Origin: Myxococcota bacterium
GTDB lineage: Bacteria > Myxococcota_A > SURF-8
Assembly (NCBI GenBank): GCA_963674735.2
Contig: CAXXQS010000002.1
Location: 480,001-544,000 of the forward strand
DNA length: 64,000 bases
Direction of reading: 5' to 3'
Of the stretch, positions 59,351 to 64,000 are shown one piece after another. The position numbers and the translations under genes are program-made. The notes beneath the pieces are model-generated. The model did not search any database and had not been told where the DNA came from. It saw only the letters and a program-made list of their open reading frames with translations. Every line of letters starts with the position of its first letter. The stretch's first letter is position 1.

Positions 59351-59773
59351 ATGTTCGGCCTGGGTATGTGGGAAATCATGATCATTTTGGTTCTGGCGCT
59401 GATTTTCATCGGCCCGGCCAAACTGCCCGGTCTGGCCCGCACCATCGGTAAAGGGATGGGTGAATTTCGCCGGGCGGCCAACGACCTGCGCAGCACCGTC
59501 GATATCGATGAGGCGGTGGCCCGCGACATCACCCCCGATCCCGCCGCAGCGGACCCGGCCACCCCGGCCGCTCTACCCCCCACTTCGGAAAACGGCGCTC
59601 CGCCGCCGGTGACGCCCTCCGAGCCTTACGACGAAACCGCCCAAGCCCGCGACGCCCAGCCCGACGCGCCTGCATCCTCCGCCACGGAAGTCCCGAACGC
59701 GGCAACGACCCCCACTCCGGAAACGACAATCGCGGATGCAGCCCCCAAGGACTCCGGGAAGTCCGATGCCTGA
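59351..59773 (+). CDS. tatB: Twin-arginine translocase TatA/TatB subunit
   Basis: MFGLGMWEIMIILVLALIFIGPAKLP; long Pro/Ala tail; precedes tatC. Confidence 0.85.
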   Translation: MFGLGMWEIMIILVLALIFIGPAKLPGLARTIGKGMGEFRRAANDLRSTVDIDEAVARDITPDPAAADPATPAALPPTSENGAPPPVTPSEPYDETAQARDAQPDAPASSATEVPNAATTPTPETTIADAAPKDSGKSDA

Positions 59774-60593
59774 TTCCACGGCTCCCGCGCCGGAGGCCCC
59801 CGTCGATTCGTCCATGAGCGTTCAGGAACATCTGGAAGAGCTGCGTGTTCGCCTGGTGCGGGCCGTGCTAGCCTTGGCGGGCGGCTTTGTGGTCGGCTGG
59901 ATTTTTCGCCGGGATATTCTGTATGTTCTCAAGCGCCCCCTGCTGGAGGTGTTGCCGGAAGAGGCGCGCCACACCATTTTACTCAAGGTGATCGACAAAT
60001 TTTTCATCGATCTGAAAGTGGCCTTCATCGGCGGCTTGTTTTTGGCCACCCCCTTCATTTTGTACCAGATCTGGCGTTTCGTGGCTCCCGGCTTGTATCC
60101 CCACGAGAAGCGTCTGGCTTTTCCCCTGGTTGCCATCGGCGTTTTGTTTTTCTTCGGCGGCGTATCCTTTTGTTACTTTCTGATTCTGCCCTTCGCGTTT
60201 GCTTTTTTGGTGAGCTACAGCCAGAGCGGCGGGGATCTGTTACTGTTGCAAAATACGCTGCCGGATGCGGTGGCCGCCGCCGATCGCCTGACGGTGGCGC
60301 TACGCGAGCATATCGGCTTTACCGCCTCGATTTTATTTGCTTTCGGCCTGGCCTTCGAAACGCCGCTGGTGATGTTTTTTCTCGGCTGGACCGGCGTCGC
60401 CACACCCGACTGGTTTGCCCGCCAACGCAAGTTCGCCATCGTGGCGGTGTTCGTTTTCGGTGCGTTCCTCACCCCTCCCGATCCCTGGACCCAGGCGGCT
60501 CTGGCCATTCCGCTCTACCTATTATATGAGCTGGGGATCTGGGCCACTCGTCTCTTTCTCCTGTTCCGATCTCGTAAAGACCTACAATCCTAA
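59766..60593 (+). CDS. tatC: Twin-arginine translocase TatC
   Basis: HLEELRVRL, YQIWRFVAPGLYPHEK, FETP and TPPDP motifs. Confidence 0.96.
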   Translation: MPDSTAPAPEAPVDSSMSVQEHLEELRVRLVRAVLALAGGFVVGWIFRRDILYVLKRPLLEVLPEEARHTILLKVIDKFFIDLKVAFIGGLFLATPFILYQIWRFVAPGLYPHEKRLAFPLVAIGVLFFFGGVSFCYFLILPFAFAFLVSYSQSGGDLLLLQNTLPDAVAAADRLTVALREHIGFTASILFAFGLAFETPLVMFFLGWTGVATPDWFARQRKFAIVAVFVFGAFLTPPDPWTQAALAIPLYLLYELGIWATRLFLLFRSRKDLQS

Positions 60594-60867
60594 TCGGAAT
60601 ACTACGATTAACTTCATTTTGCCCTTGACGAAATACAAGTTGCATGCTTAGTATTGAGATGGATGCTGAACTGGGAAACTTATAAATATAGAATTGCGTG
60701 AGGGGAGCGATTCGGACGTTTGGAGTCATTCAACGTTCCGGTGGCTTTTTTCGATGTAACGCATTGTAATTACTGTGTGTATTCTGCTTATAGACACAAC
60801 ATGGGTTTTTTTGTCTTGGGTTTCGTAATAAAAATGATTGTTTTTTGAAATAAATTGCAAATAAGTA

Positions 60868-60895
60868 TTGACATCTTTTTTGTGATCGTTATAAT
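60868..60895 (+). promoter_or_regulatory. Consensus sigma70 promoter upstream of the ECF sigma gene
   Basis: TTGACA-16 nt-TATAAT with AT-rich upstream sequence, about 70 bp before the ATG. Confidence 0.75.
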
Positions 60896-60965
60896 TAACA
60901 CAGAGTTTGTGATTGATAATAAATTTTCGAACCCACTCCCCTCGGGAGTATGAAAGGAACGCGCC

Positions 60966-61517
60966 ATGATGATGCCGGAAACCAGCAAAGCCAAGGCGAA
61001 AACCCATTTCGAAGAAATCGCGCTGCCCCACATGGGTTACATCTATAAAACGGCCTATCGCCTCACCGGAAACAAATCGGCGGCCGAAGATCTCACACAG
61101 GATGCGTTTTTCATCGCCATGCAGAAATTCGACCAGCTCAAGGATCAGGCGAAATGTCGCTCCTGGCTATTCGCCATCCTGCGCAACCTCTTTTTGGGCA
61201 CCATCGAGAAAACCAAGAATAAGTATTTCTTGGATTACGAAGATGTGGCCTACGGCTTGCCGGACCATTCGCATAAGGCCGGAGAATTATGGCGGGACGG
61301 TTTTTCCGACGATGTTCAGCACCAGCTCGATCGGCTGGACGAGAAATACAAGACCCCGCTGGTCATGTCGGTTCTGGGCGACTATTCCTATAAGGAAATC
61401 GCCGACTCGCTCGACATTCCCATCGGGACGGTGATGTCCCGCATCGCCCGCGGCAAGATTTTCCTGCGTCGTGAAATTCTGAAGAAAACAGACCGGGAAG
61501 AATTGATCAGCCGCTGA
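60966..61517 (+). CDS. ECF sigma-70 factor
   Basis: AEDLTQDAF and SWLFAILRN (region 2); SYKEIADSLDIPIGTVMSRIARG (region 4). Confidence 0.93.
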   Translation: MMMPETSKAKAKTHFEEIALPHMGYIYKTAYRLTGNKSAAEDLTQDAFFIAMQKFDQLKDQAKCRSWLFAILRNLFLGTIEKTKNKYFLDYEDVAYGLPDHSHKAGELWRDGFSDDVQHQLDRLDEKYKTPLVMSVLGDYSYKEIADSLDIPIGTVMSRIARGKIFLRREILKKTDREELISR

Positions 61518-61679
61518 ATCGCTTTTTCGCTACGCCGTAAGGCGTACGGGCCCAAAGCCCGACGTTCATCTCCTCCTCCTTGACGCGCGGTATGTTTAGC
61601 CAGCATGCCGCGCGTTTTTTATGCTCGCCGCCTACGTCTTTGGATAATCGTGGTTTTTTTTAAGGGGCAAAGACCCGCG

Positions 61680-61949
61680 CTACTCGTCGAGCCCGTGCCA
61701 GTCGCCGCGTGTGTAGCGGTAGGCTCGGCCTTCCTGCTCGTTGTACACCACCATTCCCTCCTGCGGATCGGTAAACACCCAACGGCGGCCGTCCCATTCG
61801 GCCACTCCGTTTTTATGCGCGGCCCAGGCTCCGCCGGGACGGTCGAGAATGCCGAAGCGCGCGCCGGTTTGCGGGTCGGGTGGCGGATGGTTGTAGTCGC
61901 AGATCACCGGCGGGTGAGTTTCGATCGCTTCGTCGCGTTGTTTCGGCAT
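61680..61949 (-). CDS. Stand-alone DUF2793-like small protein
   Basis: PPPDPQTGARF...GAWAAH...AEWDGRRWVFTDPQEG...W matches the DUF2793 pattern as recalled; GAGG RBS. Confidence 0.7.
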   Translation of the reverse strand: MPKQRDEAIETHPPVICDYNHPPPDPQTGARFGILDRPGGAWAAHKNGVAEWDGRRWVFTDPQEGMVVYNEQEGRAYRYTRGDWHGLDE

Positions 61950-61995
61950 AACGCAAACCTCGCGCGGTTAGGAAGTTGGCTGAAAACGAGACAGG

Positions 61996-63027
61996 CTACC
62001 AGCGGGCCTGGTGCTCCTCGGCCCAGCCGGTCAATCCCGAAACGTCGAGGCATTCGCCGTCGTCGGTTACGAGCAGGCCTTCGAAGTGGCCGAACACTTG
62101 GTGAACCGCGCTTTTCAGCACACCCAGATTGGTGTTGGCGGAGCGGTCGAAGATCGGTCGCAGGGTGAGCTTGCAGCGGCCCTCGCGGTCGGTGAAGCGC
62201 CAGGGAGCCAACCAGTCGCGCGGGCTGTATTCGAATTGCACCGGCCCCAGCTTGTGCAGCTTGCCATCGAGGAAGAGACTGTTTTCGGTGGCGGCGGAGA
62301 GATCGCCGAAGCCCTGCCCCAGGTTCAGGCTCAAAATGCGGCCGTCGTCGCGACGCGAAAAGGCGCTGGCCCAGTTCCAGAAGGAGCGATAGGGCCACAC
62401 CCCGCGCCCCCAATCGAGCACGCCCAGCGCGCCGTCGAGCGGGCCGTCGACCCAGCCGTCAAGCTGCGCCGTGCCGGTCACGGGCATACCGGGAATCTTG
62501 TCGTTGTAGTAGAAGCCGTTTTTGCCGATGGGCGTCGCCATGACGATGTGGTCGCGCGTCTCGGGTTCGTCGAAGCGCAACTCGGCGCGGAAGGTCTTTT
62601 GGCCGTCGAACTTGGGCCACACGAAGGCCGCACGCCGTTCGCCGGGACGTTTGGTGAAGGTAACGCGCAACCCGCCCTTGACATACTCGCTGTCGCCCGC
62701 GCGGCTGCTGGTCGGCAGGGAGACGCCACGCCCCAGCGGAGTGAGGGCGGCCTGCTCGATCATGCGGTCCCGCTTGAAATCGATAATGTAGGCGAACATC
62801 AGCCCCATGTAGCCGATGTGGCTGATGGTAATGGAAAGAAACAGGTCGCCGCACCACACGCCGTAGTAGTCCCACTCTTTGAGCCGCAGGCGGTTGAGGG
62901 CTTTGAACGGCGTCAGGCTCAGACGCTCGGGGTTGTAATCCGACACGGGTTGCAGAGCGTAACCCGGCTCGCGCAGACGCCCCGAGGCGTCGAGCAGCGG
63001 ACCGGCGGCGGTGATTCGATGTTCCAT
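61996..63027 (-). CDS. DUF2804 family protein
   Basis: RLKEWDYY, FYYNDK, LDWGRGVWPY, WNWAS, ENSL, HQVFG and EEHQARW motifs. Confidence 0.88.
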   Translation of the reverse strand: MEHRITAAGPLLDASGRLREPGYALQPVSDYNPERLSLTPFKALNRLRLKEWDYYGVWCGDLFLSITISHIGYMGLMFAYIIDFKRDRMIEQAALTPLGRGVSLPTSSRAGDSEYVKGGLRVTFTKRPGERRAAFVWPKFDGQKTFRAELRFDEPETRDHIVMATPIGKNGFYYNDKIPGMPVTGTAQLDGWVDGPLDGALGVLDWGRGVWPYRSFWNWASAFSRRDDGRILSLNLGQGFGDLSAATENSLFLDGKLHKLGPVQFEYSPRDWLAPWRFTDREGRCKLTLRPIFDRSANTNLGVLKSAVHQVFGHFEGLLVTDDGECLDVSGLTGWAEEHQARW

Positions 63028-63054
63028 GAGGGGTTTCTCCGGTTTGTTCAACGA

Positions 63055-63606
63055 TTACTCCGGCTGCCAGCGGTCGAAAAAGGTGTCCATGGGCGCAGCC
63101 TGACCAAAAGGCAGGTGGCCGTATTTCACCGACAACTGCCCGGCCGCCTCATCCTTGCTTTGGCCTTCCATTACCACTTTCCACATGGCCGAGACCAGCC
63201 CGGCGCGGTCGGCTCCGGCGCGGCAGTGGATCAGCAGCGGACGCGGCGCGTTTTTGAAGACCTCCAGAATGGCGGCGACGCGCTCCGGCGGCGGTTCGAA
63301 GCGTGCGCGGATGCCCACGTCGTAATGGGTCAGTCCCAACTCGCGGCTGACGCGCATCTCGTCGTCGTACCAGCTTTCGCCGGGGGTGGCCCCACGCAGG
63401 TTCAGCACGCTGCGGATGCCGTGCTCCGCCACCACCTCTTTCAAGCGCGCCGCCGAGAGCTGGCCCGAGCGGTACACCTCGCCGGGGGTGACGGCGTGCA
63501 CGTTGCCGCGAATCTCGAATTGCCAGAGATACGCGCCGTAGAGCAACAGCAGCACGGCCAGAACGGACAAGACGATTTTCGTAGCTTTTTTCTTCGGTGA
63601 TGTCAT
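63055..63606 (-). CDS. Dual-specificity / tyrosine phosphatase family protein, N-terminally anchored
   Basis: YRSGQ, LNLRG, and HCRAGADR (CX5R). Confidence 0.9.
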   Translation of the reverse strand: MTSPKKKATKIVLSVLAVLLLLYGAYLWQFEIRGNVHAVTPGEVYRSGQLSAARLKEVVAEHGIRSVLNLRGATPGESWYDDEMRVSRELGLTHYDVGIRARFEPPPERVAAILEVFKNAPRPLLIHCRAGADRAGLVSAMWKVVMEGQSKDEAAGQLSVKYGHLPFGQAAPMDTFFDRWQPE

Positions 63607-63647
63607 TGCGAGCCCTTCGTGTTACGGATCGTGGCGCTCATGACGGC

Positions 63648-64000
63648 TCAAGCCGCGTCGGCGGAACGGGGCGGTCCGGCCTGGGGGAGGTCGCCGAGTT
63701 CTTCGGCCAGACGACGGCACAAGCTGGCGTAGTCCGGGTTGGAAATCCCGTATATGCCGGCCACCGCGCGATCGATGGCAAGCACCTGGGCGTCGAAGGC
63801 ATCGCCCTCAAGCCCCGCAAGTTCGGCGACCGCCGCTTCGATGGCCTGCTGGCGTTCTTCGGGCGCCCACTTCAGCGGCAGGCGTTCCAGGTTGCCGCGC
63901 AGCACCTTGAGCGTGAAAAAGCTGAAGGTGTAGTAATACTGAAGCACGCTGGAATTGAGCAAGGCCAGCAGATAGGCGGGACGAAAGCCCGGCAGCTTGG
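63648..64000 (-). CDS. C-terminal target-recognition region of an N6-adenine methyltransferase / type IIG-like RM protein (partial)
   Basis: YLLALLNSSVLQYYY...LRGNLERLPL...IDRAVAGIYGIS resembles TaqI-C/Eco57I-type C-termini; frame open to the window edge. Confidence 0.6.
   Translation of the reverse strand, partial: KLPGFRPAYLLALLNSSVLQYYYTFSFFTLKVLRGNLERLPLKWAPEERQQAIEAAVAELAGLEGDAFDAQVLAIDRAVAGIYGISNPDYASLCRRLAEELGDLPQAGPPRSADAA

Noticed and set aside
62011-63600. 529 aa plus-strand ORF
   Set aside because: Antisense to two well-supported minus-strand genes.

Overview
GC-rich bacterial chromosome segment. Gene content (AgmK/AgmX-like gliding pair, maf-yggS-yggT-divIVA-yggU operon, many acidic and Cys-rich lipoproteins) suggests a Myxococcota or other deltaproteobacterial lineage; this is inference. 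It holds about 45 CDS, mostly housekeeping, envelope and secreted hydrolases, plus tRNA-Phe(GAA), two copies of a ~183 bp MITE-like element and a REP-rich stretch at about 19.9-22.8 kb. The main signal is a complete ~1.18 kb IS110-family element (21453-22630) inserted at a CT core in a GTAG-type REP hairpin. Its ~220 bp non-coding left end reads as a bridge RNA: one internal loop matches the insertion target (CCCATCCT / GTAG) and a second matches the element's own end junction (ACAGTCGC / CAAG). Circularisation would create a TTGACA-17-TATTAT promoter for this RNA. An inverted perfect copy of the 11 nt donor site lies at the predicted RNA 5' end. RNA-guided bridge recombination is established for E. 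coli IS621; whether this orthologue and its specificity are catalogued cannot be determined without a search. No CRISPR array or rRNA was seen. All calls were made by eye, without database searches.
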